A stretch of 64,000 nucleotides of DNA from positions 55,428,001 through 55,492,000 of the forward strand of contig NC_135667.1 of NCBI RefSeq assembly GCF_964188315.1. The letters run 5' to 3'. Position numbers and translations under genes: made by a program. The notes under the pieces are model-generated. The model was given only the letters and a program-made list of their open reading frames with translations. It did no database searches and was not told the DNA's origin. This document shows, one piece after another, positions 1 to 11,609 of this stretch. This DNA is from Podarcis muralis (lineage: Eukaryota). Each line of letters starts with the position of its first letter. The first letter of the stretch is position 1.

Positions 1-343
1 TCATTCAGGAGGCACAAACTGTTACACGCTTCCAAATGCTCATTAAATTAAAATTCACTTAATGGAAGGCAAGGAATTAGTACCCAAGCCTTGCTATAGA
101 CGCTGTAGATTCAGATATCCAAACAGTTGGACCTGCATATAATACTTGTAAACAAATAAGCAGCCTTACTTCTTTTGTGTTTTGCTGGTCTGCCAGAAGC
201 AATGGTGGGAGGGAGGGAAGGAGGGGAAAGAGATTGGACAAATAACAGAGCGTTTATTCCTTCCTTGTTTGCCTTTTGCAAGGTTTCAGAGGATTTTCCA
301 AAGTCTGCTCACCAGACAAATTTCCAGTCCATATGTTGTCACC

Positions 344-347
<4 letters not shown>

Positions 348-400
<53 letters not shown>
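348..400. repeat. (AAT)n microsatellite, tail of the L2 fragment
   Basis: About 17 perfect AAT units. Confidence 0.95.
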
Positions 401-790
401 TTATTTGTACCCCGCCCATCTGGCTGGGTTTCCCCAGCCACTCTGGGCGGCTTCCATAGAAACCAAAGATACAGTAAAATATAACAGATTAAAAACTTCC
501 CTGAACAGGGCTGCCTTAAGATGTCTTCTGAATGTCAGGTAGTTATTTATCGCTTTGACATCTGATGGGAGGGCGTTCCACAGGGTGGGCGCCACTACCG
601 AGAAGGCCCTCTGCCTGGTTCCCTGTAGCTTTGCTTCTCGCAATGAGGGAACCGCCAGAAGGCCCTCGGCGCTGGATCTCAGCGTCCGGGCAGAACGATG
701 GGGGTGGAGATACTCCTTCAGGTATACTGGGCCGAGGTCGTTTAGGGCTTTAAAGGTCAATACCAGCACTTTGAATTGTGCTCGGATATT
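348..790 (-). mobile_element. L2-clade LINE, 5'-truncated 3' fragment with (ATT)n tail
   Basis: Minus ORF 401-769 (LVLTFKALNDLGPVYLKEYL...RAFSVVAPTLWNALP...FRRHLKAALF) matches the typical L2 ORF2 C-terminus; L2-type 3' UTR (cccagagtggctgggg) precedes the microsatellite tail. Confidence 0.85.
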
Positions 791-934
791 CCTGATATGT
801 TACTGTGAAGCCAATATGATCATCCTATAAATCTCATTTTATTCAAGTGAGTAGCTTCAAGAATCATTTTAGCTGAAAAGTAATACCCCAATATTGTTAC
901 TGGGCTGATTCTGGATGAAACCCGCAGGAACTGG

Positions 935-1203
935 GAGGGGTCATAGCTCAGTGGTGGAGCAAGTGCTTTGCATGCAGAAGGTTCCAGGTCCAACCCATAG
1001 CTGTCAACTTTTCCCTTTTCTTGCGAGGAATCCTATTCGGAATAAGGGAATTTCCCTTAAAAAAGGGAAAATGTTGACAGCTATGGTCCAACCCATGGTA
1101 TCTCCAGGCAGAGGCTGGGAAAGATTCCTGCCTGAAATACTTAGGAGCTGCTGAGCAAGGTGATCCAAGGGTCTGGCTGGGTAGAAGGCAGCTTCCTATG
1201 TCC
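935..1203 (+). mobile_element. tRNA-derived SINE, interrupted by a hAT MITE
   Basis: tRNA-like head (ggtcatagctcagtggtggagcaagtgctttgcatgcagaaggttccaggtc) with A/B-box-like motifs; SINE-like body resumes after 1093 and ends ggcagcttcctatgt. Confidence 0.6.
996..1085. mobile_element. 90-bp hAT-type MITE
   Basis: 13-bp TIR CATAGCTGTCAAC...GTTGACAGCTATG; 8-bp TSD gtccaacc at 988-995 and 1086-1093. Confidence 0.85.
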
Positions 1204-4086
1204 CTGAACCTCTTTTGGGGCAGCTACCTGTTGACAGGATGTGAATCCCAAATGTTTAAGTGGCCCTGTTAATACTGCAGTTCACAACCTGTGTACACCG
1301 AGGTAGTTCTATTAACTATAATACAACTACTCCAGAATAATATGAATTGTGGGTTTCACCTCAAGATTCCAAACATTTCTCAGAGTTACTTAGCTTGGAA
1401 CCCTAACTCTATACCCTAAGTCCTATTGAATTCAATGGGACTCACTCATAAATAAGGGGTTGGAAAATTGAGATGGTCATAGTTCCTCAGCAGAATTAAT
1501 AGGACTGAGGCTGTGATCCCATTCACAATTACTGGGAAGTGCTGGACTGCAAATCACGCCATGGCACAAATCCTTAGCAAATACTGGCAGAAGTCAGCAA
1601 TGTATATTATTTTAAAGAATGCCAAAACAAATATTTAAAAGGGTTAAAGGCTTTAAGGCCCCACAGCTCACCTGTCGTTGCTTGAGTGGAAAACTGGTGA
1701 GGAAAACACAGCCAGACTTGCTTCTGTGCCTTTAACAAAAGCTTGATCTTGGGGGGGAAATCAGGTAAAGGTCTTCACAGCACTCTCTTCTAATATCTGC
1801 ATAGCATGCTGTTGTTAAAGAAGTATAGCCTGGTAAAAACAAAAGAAAAAGTTAGCAGCTCTCCCCGCCTCCAGTCGTAGGTCTCCTGTTTGGAGAAGTT
1901 CATCTGAAAATCTTGCATCAACTAATGTTTGTCTGATTTCGTATCAGAGAAGCACTCAGCAACCGGACTTTGGTGAGGTGGGTATTTTCTGCTATTTTGT
2001 ATTAGGCAGTTCATCTATGGTGGCGGCTGGCTTTTGGTTGCTCAGAAATTTTATTAAAAGTTTGTTTTTCTGAACAAAATAGGAAATTGGTGGGTTTCTG
2101 TCATAATCCTGACAAACCAAAGTTTTGCAGGTAGATGACAGCAGGGCGGCTGCTTGAACCACGTCCTCTGTAGGACCCAGGAGAACCACGGCCTTGCCAA
2201 GAAGTGGAGTGGAAACGGTTTCCATAGCTACAAAGGGAGTTGCTCTGTTAAAAAGAAACTAAGCAAGTCTTTCTAAAAGTTGTTAAGGGCCATGCTGACA
2301 GAGACAGATCCTTTAAATGCCCAACTTTCTGGTAATGCTACATGACATTTCGACCCACAGGGGGAAAGATCCCACCGGAGTTGTAGAGCTCATCCAAACC
2401 TCTTTCTGCACGGCCCTGGGAAGCGAGGGAGCAGCGGGCTGGCCAGGAGAACATGCTGAACATCGCAGACGTAAGTCAAAAGGGAGAAATTATCATGAAC
2501 TTTGGGCTTTTCGCTGAATTACTGGCACTGTATACCGAGGGCTCTCTTAGGACAGAAGCAGAAGAATTAGCATTGTACCAATTATTTCTGAAAGTAAGCA
2601 AGTGAGACGGAAGGCAGAAATTTGGGGAAATCCTGCTTTACTTCATCAACAAATGTGTTTCACTCAGTAGCTGCTCACTTATAAACTTTATAAACTGCTC
2701 ACTTATAAACTTAGTCACTCTGAAACATTACCATCTGTTTGTGGGCAGATACTGACATTTCCCAGCTTTTCCATATATTTCAACCATCAAGGAATACTCT
2801 CACATCAACTTGCTTGCTAGGAAACAGAAGCTGCACATGTTACAGAGGATTCTGGGAACAGATATACTAGGAGGGGTTAATATGCTGAAATAGCTGCCTT
2901 TTCAGTTACTTCTTTAAAAAAATTGTGAGCTTCCATTACAAATACCTGAGGAGTATCCGAACTTTCCTTAATGGTTTACCATGCTAAACTGCAGATAACT
3001 TTTCTGCCATACCAAGTACTAGCAAAGGTTATGCAACTGACGACGGGATACTTTAAAGATAAGAAGGTGCCTATTGGTAAGATTCCACAAAGAACTAGAG
3101 AAAATTCTCCCAATAGTCAGGGTTTTCTTTTCCTTTCATTCTCTCAGCAGTGAAAAAAAATCCCCTTTCTGGAAAATAACACCTTCCCTCCAGAAAGACA
3201 AGTTCCCAGGGCAGTTTACAGAGTCAGAATACAATAAGTATGCAACAAAACATACAAAAAGTAGAAGCAGAATAGAAAAATAGCACAGAAAGCTTCAGAA
3301 AAGGTACAAACAAGCTAAGATACAAAGGGCTGTGGAAAATAAAAGTGTGTTTGAAGACCAAGTCGGTGTCAGACAAACCTCCAGAACAGAGGTGCAGGAT
3401 TACATTTCAGTTTTTAAAAGCGATCAGTGAGTGTTGCAGTTGCTGTAGTTAAGAAACAAAAATGAAGTGCCTTGGAGAGCAGGCTTTGTATTGAAACTCA
3501 TTCAAGAGGACAAAATGCTTCCTTGCATTTGGCTGTAGCAACAGTCAGTAACTTCCTCCATGCTCTTATAAGAGAAAGACATAAGCTAAATGATCATCAT
3601 ATTTTACTACTTTTATGAGTTTGAAAGGGCTCTTAATTGGGGCAGAGCTGATGGCTTAATCTTCCCATAACTGAGGAATGTATGACTGACTCTTGTGTTC
3701 ATAATAACTCTGGATCTTTTTTTTGGGGGGGGGGGGGAGGATAAACCACGCATCATCAGCACTTGTACTGATGCCTGCCAGATTCTTGTATACGGGAACT
3801 GAAATGGCATCTTGGGGTGGAGTTGAGCGTTGGACTCCCTAAAATGTCTGGTGCTTATAGCACACCAACAGTCATCTGCCAAGTTCCAGTTAAAGCACTT
3901 TACTCAGAACTGGCCTGTTACCTGTTTCAGTGCAGACCACAATCAAAGTATTTCACCTTTCCTGATGTTCAACCATGCTGTGAGGGCATTTTTCACTTCT
4001 GTACACCGCATGTTTCGGCACTGCTATGTGGTGTCAAGTTAATGTGAGGCATCAACACTACAGTGGTACCGCTGGTTAAGAACTTA

Positions 4087-4575
4087 CCGTATTTTTCGCT
4101 CTATAGGACGCACTTTTTCCCCTTCAAAAATGAAGGGGAAATGTGTGTGCGTCCTATGGAGCGAAGACGCCATAGCCCCGCAACCCTCTCCCGGCTGGAG
4201 AGGTGACGCGCGGCTATGGCAGGAGCCTCTTCGTTGCGCCTTTCTGCTGCTCCCTGACCTGCTCTTTGGGGCTGGTGGTGGGCTTCCCCCCGCCAGCCCC
4301 AAAGAGCAGGTCGAAAGGAACCTGAAGCCTGGAGAGCGAGAGGGGTCAGTGCGCACCGACCCCTCTCGCTCTCCAGGCTTCCAAGGTAGCCGCCTTGTTT
4401 TAGAGCGGAAAAACAAGAGGGGGAAAGTTCACCCCCTCTCTGCGCAGCGCCTCCTGCCGCTTCACTGAAGGGGCGCTGGGCAGAGAGGGGGATAATTTTT
4501 TTTCCTCTTGTTTCCCCCCCTCTAAAACAAAGTGCGTCCTATTGTCCGGTGCGTCCTATGATGCGAAAAATACGG
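4087..4575. mobile_element. Tc1/mariner-type MITE family B nested in family A
   Basis: TIR CCGTATTTTTCGC...GCGAAAAATACGG, TA TSD at 4085-4086 and 4576-4577, subterminal repeats (ataggacgcac/gtgcgtcctat). Confidence 0.85.
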
Positions 4576-4589
4576 TAATTCATTCCAGG

Positions 4590-4886
4590 TGTTATGTACT
4601 GAAGTTCTCACCCTGGGCCAGCAGGGGGATACTGTAGATAGTTATGCAAATGAAGGATCGAAAAGTGGCGTTCAGTGATTGGATAGTTTTGTATGCAAAT
4701 GAAGGATCGAAAAGTGACATTCAGTGATTGGATAGTTTTAGAAAATGGCAACAGTTGCATTGTTCTGGAGCTCTATATAAGCAGGCTGACTGAGCTCCTC
4801 AGCCTAGTTCTGTTCTGGCATCTGAATAAAGAAGAGCTGTTTAAAGAATCGCTGTGTTGTCTGACATGTTCGCCCACAACCTAACA
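4590..4886 (+). mobile_element. Solo LTR (297 bp), probably Gypsy/ERV-derived
   Basis: TGTTA...TAACA termini, TATA box (ctatataag ~4773), AATAAA (~4825), imperfect 5-bp TSD ccagg/ccgga. Confidence 0.75.
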
Positions 4887-5861
4887 CCGGAGGTCCGTTC
4901 TTAACCTGAAACTGTTCTCAACCTGAGGTACCACTTTAGCTAATGGGGCCTCCCGCTGTCACTGTGCTGCCGCTGCACGATTTCTGTTCTCATCCTGAAG
5001 CAAAGTTCTTAACCTGAGGTACTATTTCTGGGTTTGTGGAGTCTGTAACCTGAAGCGTCTGTAACCCGAGGTACCACTGTATTAAAAACTATTCTTTCTT
5101 TAAAATCTGATCCTGTGGTCTACATAATTTCATTTGCCAAGGATGAAGGGAAATTTCTGCCCCTTAAACAACTTATTAAAAATCGTTTTCAGATAGAGTC
5201 AAATGCTAGGTAGGGGTTCTTTTGTATTTCCGTTTTTTAACCAGACACCTTTTAAACCTATTGATTATAGGACAATAAAGGCTCACTATGTCAGGTTCCT
5301 ATTGGAAGACCGGACAAATGCTAGAACATTAGCAGTGGCAAAGTTTTTATCGGTGGTTGCAAGAACCAGTGATCCCTATCTTTTGAACAAAATGCTTGTT
5401 TAACCTGGAGGTAGGCTGTATGAATTGTGCAGTGCTTTGTAGCGATTTGTTGGGTTTCTGGACCATAATGAAGATTGATTTGATTTGATAAATGCTAACC
5501 AGAGTGTGAGAGAAAGAGGTGAGAGGCAGGGGGCTTGTGAGACCAACACTTGTCCGTGTGCAGTGTTCAGTCATAGTTTAACATTGTGTGTGAACCAGCC
5601 CAATGACTATTAGGGAAATTTTAGGTATTTCACTTGGAGTGCTGAGACCCAAGTCTGGTTTGGGGAAGCTTTGATGACAAGTAGAACTCTCTTCTGTCAC
5701 AAGAGACTACAGAAACCATAGTGGTATTGAAGCATGCATTTTATGCAGAAGGAGATTGCATATAGTTACATGTTAGATATAAGAAGTTTTAACTTCTGCA
5801 TTTTCATCTCTGTCTTGCAAAAGTTCACGCAGCTCACCACTGGAGGTCTCTAGCTCGCACA

Positions 5862-5952
5862 ATTTACAGTTGTATTTACAGTATTTACAGTATTTACAGT
5901 TGTATTTACAGTATTTACAGTATTGTATTTACAGTTGTATTTACAGTTGTAT
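5862..5952. repeat. Minisatellite of 9/12-bp units (ttg)tatttacag
   Basis: About 8 tandem units visible directly. Confidence 0.85.
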
Positions 5953-6659
5953 GAATAGATCTCTTTTGCATTTTTGCAAGTGCTTTGTGCAAGCTGGAAC
6001 AAAACCAGTATCACAGGGATTATTTATTATGAGAACAATCTATTATTTTACATAGGTGATTACCAAGCTGGGTTGTACAAGAATTACTTTTCATTAAAGT
6101 TTTCTTTAACATTTTCACAATAAGATAAAAGACACACCAACCCACACAAAGAATATTGAAATAGGAAAAAGGAAAGAAAAGAAGACACAAGATTCTCTCT
6201 CACAAGTATATTCCAACGTTTGTCCCATGCAGAAAAAGACGTGTGTCCCCAGCTCTCACCTGGGAGCATCTCCCACCCTAATTACAACAGATGTAATTAG
6301 CCACCTGACTATTCCTAGTAAATTACTGTGGTATAACACTATAATTAAGCATTCAATGGAACTCTTCTTTTCTAAAATCATATATGTATATGGACTACAA
6401 TACATCTGAGACATCAATAATAATCTATCACACATAACCTGAGATATAAGGGAATTTTGTTGGTAGGAAGTTACTTTATTTTATTTTCATTCCAGACCCT
6501 CCCAAGTGTCTCTGTTTTCCAGGGATGTCCCAGATTTAGAGAAGCCATCCGGTTTCTGATTTGATCCAGAATGTTCCACTTTTCCTTAGGATGTCCCTAT
6601 TTTTATTGGAGAAATGTTGGAGCGTATGGAGTTATACGGCCTCTGAGCTGTCTGAAGGC

Positions 6660-6790
6660 AAACCTGTATAGGGAAGTTTTTTTTAATGTTAAATGCTTTA
6701 CTATGTTATATATATATTTGTTGGAAGCTGCCCAGAGTGGCTGGGGCAACCCAGTAGGATGTGTGGGGTATAAATAGAAAAATTATCATT
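6660..6790 (+). mobile_element. L2 3' terminal remnant
   Basis: gctgcccagagtggctggggcaacccagt...ggggtataaat is the same tail as the L2 at 348-790. Confidence 0.65.
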
Positions 6791-7629
6791 ATGAAATGGA
6801 ACGTCCCTATGTTCACTGAAGAAATGTTGGAGGGTATATGATTCTTGTTCTCTTATTTGTATTAAAAAGGGGGAAATGTATTTATGAGAATAATAGCTGA
6901 TAATCAGGTAATGTTGTGTATTGTAAACAATAGAAAAGACAGTGAATGTATGTTTGGGCAATGCTTTAAATAAGAGAATTTTTGATAACCAAAAAGTAAA
7001 AGCCACCACACCACCAGGGGACATTTGCTGCATTCTTGACTGCAGGTTCGTTATGGTGAGAGAAATTGGCTTTTGAAGACATTGTGCAGGATTCAAGCAG
7101 CGTAGGGAGAGGAGTGTTGCAAATGCTCGTTCTTTATTGTGCAGTAATTGCATTGGAGGCGCATCTCTTGTGCCGTGGGGAGACTTCCAGCAAATGGGAA
7201 TAACGTCATGTCTTATTGAAAACAGAACAATGCAGGTATAGGTTTTAAAAGCACTGATGAGTCCTTTGGTCACTTCCTTGCATTATGCACCCAAAAAAAT
7301 CTTTGTTCCCTAGAGCTACCTAGGCATGCTTTCTCGTAGATTGTCTAATGCCATTATGTAAACGGGAGAGAGCAACTCTCAAAGGCTTGCTGGTGTTCAT
7401 TGATGAATGGTGGCAGGAAAATGTAGGACTAAGAACGCGGCTAAGAATCCTGTGCTGCTTGTTTAAAACAGGCTTGGGTTGCATGAGATGCTTGAAGGGA
7501 GGCTCTTTACTACACTTCTCAAAAACATTTGATTACGTTCTGAAAAAAGCATTTGGTTACCATTTTTGTAGTAGCATGCACAAGGAAGAATATATTTATT
7601 GCAGGAGAGCAGGGGTAGTCCGCATGGTG

Positions 7630-7730
7630 CCTTCCAGAAATTGCAGGACTACATTTCCCATCACATCCATGACTATGATTGGCCATGCAGGATGATGGGA
7701 GTTGTAATCCACATCTGGGGGGCATACACT
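7630..7730. mobile_element. Degenerate palindromic MITE (ctacaactcccatcat / atgatgggagttgtag family)
   Basis: Imperfect inverted repeat related to the intact copy at 15471-15606. Confidence 0.55.
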
Positions 7731-7857
7731 GGCTGTCCCTGCAGGAGATAATACAATGATTTATGTAACGTTTCAAATATCTTGTGACGGTGAGTGAAAT
7801 TCTTTGACAATTCTTGATGAAAATGACCGCTCCCCGCTTAAAACGGGGGGCGCCCTT

Positions 7858-8682
7858 TGCGTGGACGTGTGCAGCCCCTAGATCTGGAGCGGCTCCAACA
7901 GCATAGGCTTGGCTTTGCCTTCCCTCAGGTGGGATACCTGGAGGTCTCCACCTACCTCAGTCAGTTGTCCAATCCCACCTGGGGGAAGCGTTGCCAAGGA
8001 GACCAGGCCAGGTAGGGGAGGGATTACCTGCCCACACAATAGAGGGAGGATCTTACCTGGGAATCCTCACTTGGCTCCAGAGCTTCTCCCACCCTACCCG
8101 CCCTCAGTTAATGTCTTATTTTGCAGGTTAACTTTTCTTCATAGGTTTTGCAGGTTAACTTTTCTTCACAGGTATGCCGGCGCTGCTACGTTAAGGTCGC
8201 TGTTAAAGGGCCGGAAAGGAATTTCCCTGCATTGGCAGGTTTCGCCTTTCCCGTAGCAAAACGTCACAACTTTGGCGGTATCAGGCCTTGGGCGGAATCC
8301 TTTAGTCCATCTTCCTCTTTGCGGCGGCGATACCAGGGTTCCCCGTTAAAGGGGTTTTCTGAAGGGAGGCTTTGGCCGTGCGCCGAAAGGTTGTCATTGC
8401 TCTCCCCTGCGGCGGCGGCGTAACGGGGGCGGCTATCTCTGCTTGAACATATGTTCTCCAGAGCCGGCCCATCCCCCCAAACACACTGGATAACCCTGAT
8501 GCTCCCTAGGTCCCCGGCTGGGGACTGGGGAGGGAGAACGCCCAATGCCTGAGCCAAGGTCTACCCACATTTGAAATTTAATAAAGTTGTGGCCAATTTA
8601 ATCCCATAGCACGTTGTCTTGAGTCGTTATTCCACATGACGGGGGGACCGCGCAGGATCTGGGGACTCCGCCTGTCCACGCA
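7858..8682 (+). mobile_element. LTR-like element (825 bp), no TSD detected
   Basis: TG...CA ends within an 11-bp inverted repeat (tttgcgtggac/gtccacgcaaa); AATAAA at 8580; CpG-rich; shares motif blocks with 53209-53944. Confidence 0.65.
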
Positions 8683-8929
8683 AATGTGCTGCCTTGATGG
8701 AGTTAGCACAGGAGTGAGAGAGACTAGGAAGGAACAAAGCAGCTGCAGGTTCCCTTCTGGAAGCCTGTCCCTGTAAACCCTAGTTCACCCTACCAAGACG
8801 TGTGAACCAGGCCTCCAGGTCAACTTCCTGGGCCATCTCTGAATTCAAGAGTTCCACCAGGGATAGCTGGAAAAGAGGCACCAGAAAACCATCCAGATTC
8901 ATTAGCCTCTAGGGGTGGACCATCCTAAC

Positions 8930-9300
8930 CAGCGGTGCCACCCTGCACCTAAGATTGTGTGGCCCTTGCGTGCGTTTCACTTGTGTGACGTTACGCGCGC
9001 ACACCGTCATGTGCCTGATGTGTGTGTGTGTGTGTGACATCGTGCATGCAACATCACATCATTGGGAGGAGGCTGATGGCAGAGCCCAGCCCAGCGCGGC
9101 TTCCTTTCTCATGCTCAAGAGGAGTCAGCCGCTGAACTGCGCCACCCTCCGCTCCATGCTCGGCCTTCTCCATGCCCTCAGCACCAAGGGGGCCCAGCCC
9201 CCTGCCAGCCGATATTGAGGGGGCCGAAGACATTTCCACCCCTAGCACTTGGCACACCTAACCCTAACTGGGCTTCCACAGCCGCATAGGACGTAAACCT
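8930..9300 (+). promoter_or_regulatory. Candidate ZDHHC11 promoter / 5' region
   Basis: Local CpG enrichment (gtgacgttacgcgcgcac, CRE-like), 0.6-0.9 kb upstream of the first coding exon; TSS not determinable. Confidence 0.3.
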
Positions 9301-9884
9301 AATCAGGAAGTAAATCTGATCAGGAGAAGGGCAGAGTTGACCTTGAATTAATGTGTGACTTAAGATGACTAATGTGCAAATCACAATGAAACTTTTTATT
9401 CCGTAGTCTTGGATTTATATTCTTACACTCGTCTTGGGAAGGAGCACTGCTTAGCTTTATTTTGCCATCTGCTTTAGGAAAGCAGATTTTTTTTCCTTTC
9501 TGGATTAACAAAACCACAAGGAAATAATTAACTTTTAATTGCCATATCTCAAAAATTTTGCGTTTACTAGAGATTTGAAAGCTTGACAAATGATGCGCCT
9601 TTTTCTCTAAGGGTACCTGCCACATCAATAAGAGCATTTTGTGTGTCTCTTGGTGCAAGTGATTTATTTCTTAAAATTTGTATACCACTTGGTTGGGGAG
9701 GGAAACCTCAAAGCAGTGGTGGGACGTGGGTGGGCGATGTAACATTCTTGCAGAATTGTGCAGTGTCTGAGATCTACTTCCTATCCCACAGTGTGCCTCT
9801 TTGTGTCGCTGTCGTTTCTTTCTTTCTCGGCCTAGAAAGCACACTGGCTATTTTTAACAGGTGATTCTGGGTTCTGTCTTGCAG

Positions 9885-10097
9885 ATGACCTGCTATGACA
9901 AGAAGCTGAGGCAGACAAGTCCTGAGCAGCTGAATGACCACATGGTGGTTCCACTGCACTCCAGAGTGAACGGCTGGTCTTTACCACTCCACTCGTTCCA
10001 GTTGATCACCCTGGTGCTTTATTCATACTTGGCCATAGTGGGCTTTGGTATCTACATTCCTCTTCTCCCAAATGAATGGAAATTGGTCGCCTATGCT
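9885..10097 (+). CDS. ZDHHC11: ZDHHC11 coding exon 1 (MTCYDKKL...RVNGWSLPLHSFQ...KLVAYA)
   Basis: RVNGWSLPLH.FQ motif matches recalled ZDHHC11 (ZDHHC1/11 subfamily); 213 bp, phase 0; ATG directly follows tcttgcag; ends at GTATCCTTT donor. Confidence 0.9.
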
Positions 10098-10634
10098 GTA
10101 TCCTTTCCCCTTCCGTTTAAAATCCTGGGGTAAAACTAACAATGCACATGAACTGCATATGGCATGCGTGGGGAGAGGAATAACCAGTTCCTAAGCCGCA
10201 ATTCTGGATCCAGTTACTTCTGAGTAAGCTCCATTTAATGCAAGGAGACTTAGGCTGCAATTCTCAGCAAGCTTACTCCAAAGTAACTCCCTCTGGAATC
10301 AGAGGCACTTACTTCCAGGTAAGTAGGGTTACAATTGCAGCCTGCATAGGATTGCACTCTCATTCTCGCATTGTATTCTGAAAACAGGTGCAAGTTGTGA
10401 GTTGTTTTGAAATGTGACTGATCTTTTTTGCAATCCAGACCACATGTTAGGGGCGAGCAGGGCTGTTCTGTTTTCACTCTCTTCTCCACCTCCACCTTTT
10501 CCACTTCCCCCTTCCTTCTCTCCTTCTGGGTTTCCCACCCTCATGAAATTAGGCCAAGCTCATGGGCCACATTTGGCCCACGCTTTTCAGGCACAGAACC
10601 AGGCAGGCATCTTTACTAAATTAGGTGGTTTATG

Positions 10635-10814
10635 CAGTGGCGTAGCGTGGGTTGTCAGCACCCGGGGCAAGGCAAGTAATTTGTGCCCCCTAACCCGTGG
10701 ATTTGCGCCCCCTAACCTGTGGATTTGCGCCCCCTAACCCATGGATTTGCCCTAACCCCAGATGTTGCGCCCGGTGCGGCCGGCCCCCCCTGCACCCCCC
10801 ACGCTACGCCACTG
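10635..10814. mobile_element. 180-bp hAT MITE with internal ~23-bp tandem repeats
   Basis: TIR CAGTGGCGTAGCGTGGG...CCCACGCTACGCCACTG; 8-bp TSD ggtttatg at 10627-10634 and 10815-10822. Confidence 0.9.
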
Positions 10815-11609
10815 GGTTTATGTCCTTAAGGGAAATGCCAAAATGTTCACCTCGCAAGCTGCTAAACATTTTCGTGGGCGACTAATGTCGGCAAACCTGC
10901 AGTGAACAGCAATGTTCAGTAGTATTATTACAGCATTATTACAACCAATGGGCCTTTTTCCCAGTTAAGTGTGTGCATAGGATTGCAGCCTTATTTGAAA
11001 CTTTTGGGGTTTTGTCTTTCAGAGGAGTAGGGTCTTGTCTGGACTGAACTTTTGGAGGAACCAAAATGTATTATCCCTCTGTTTATACTTTTAAAACTTG
11101 ATTGTGATCATTCAGTAATATATTTTAAACCAACAGTCATTTGTAGTGTGCTTTGTGTAATGTGGCTCGGCTGCTTCATTTAGCTGCTCTTTTTAAAAGG
11201 CTCAGTAAAGTTTTTCTGTACAGGATGAGGAGTCCAGGGGTCAGGAAGGACACTAACATTGTGAATAGGAAACTCATAAATCCTGGAATTGATACACTGT
11301 TTGTGTACTAAACACATGATTGTTGCTAGGAAGACTTAATGGTGCCCTCAATTATTCTTGCACATGATGATCCAGTTTAAAGTGAGAATATAATTGTCAA
11401 GTTAGAACAAGTGTTCAAGTATGGGTGCCAGATGCAGTTTTTGGCCCTTCTGCTCCATTTGAGCATCAACTAGAAAAACAACTATTTTAGTAATAAAACT
11501 TTAAATCACAAATGAAAAATGAGAACCATTTTCCTGAACTTGAAATATCCTGTTCAAACAGATTTAAACATGGCTGCCAGTTGATTTAATGGATTGATTA
11601 GTGAATTGT

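Larger units (their letters stand above)
4061..5079 (+). mobile_element. Tc1/mariner (Tigger-like) MITE family A, host of two nested insertions
   Basis: CAGTGGTACC...GGTACCACTG TIRs with TA on both sides; after removing the nested elements it is collinear with copies at 36402, 45934 and 58823. Confidence 0.85.

Noticed and set aside
182-542. ORFs with poly-N / poly-I tracts
   Set aside because: Translations of the (AAT)n tail of an L2 fragment.
1-4000. Expected BRD9 terminal exons from human synteny
   Set aside because: No frame matched recalled BRD9 C-terminal sequence.
6701-7273. 190-aa minus ORF
   Set aside because: No recognisable motif, ends inside an L2 tail, no splice context.
10686-10755. 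~23-bp repeats resembling a small repeat array
   Set aside because: No spacers, eukaryotic context, and internal to a hAT MITE; not CRISPR-like.
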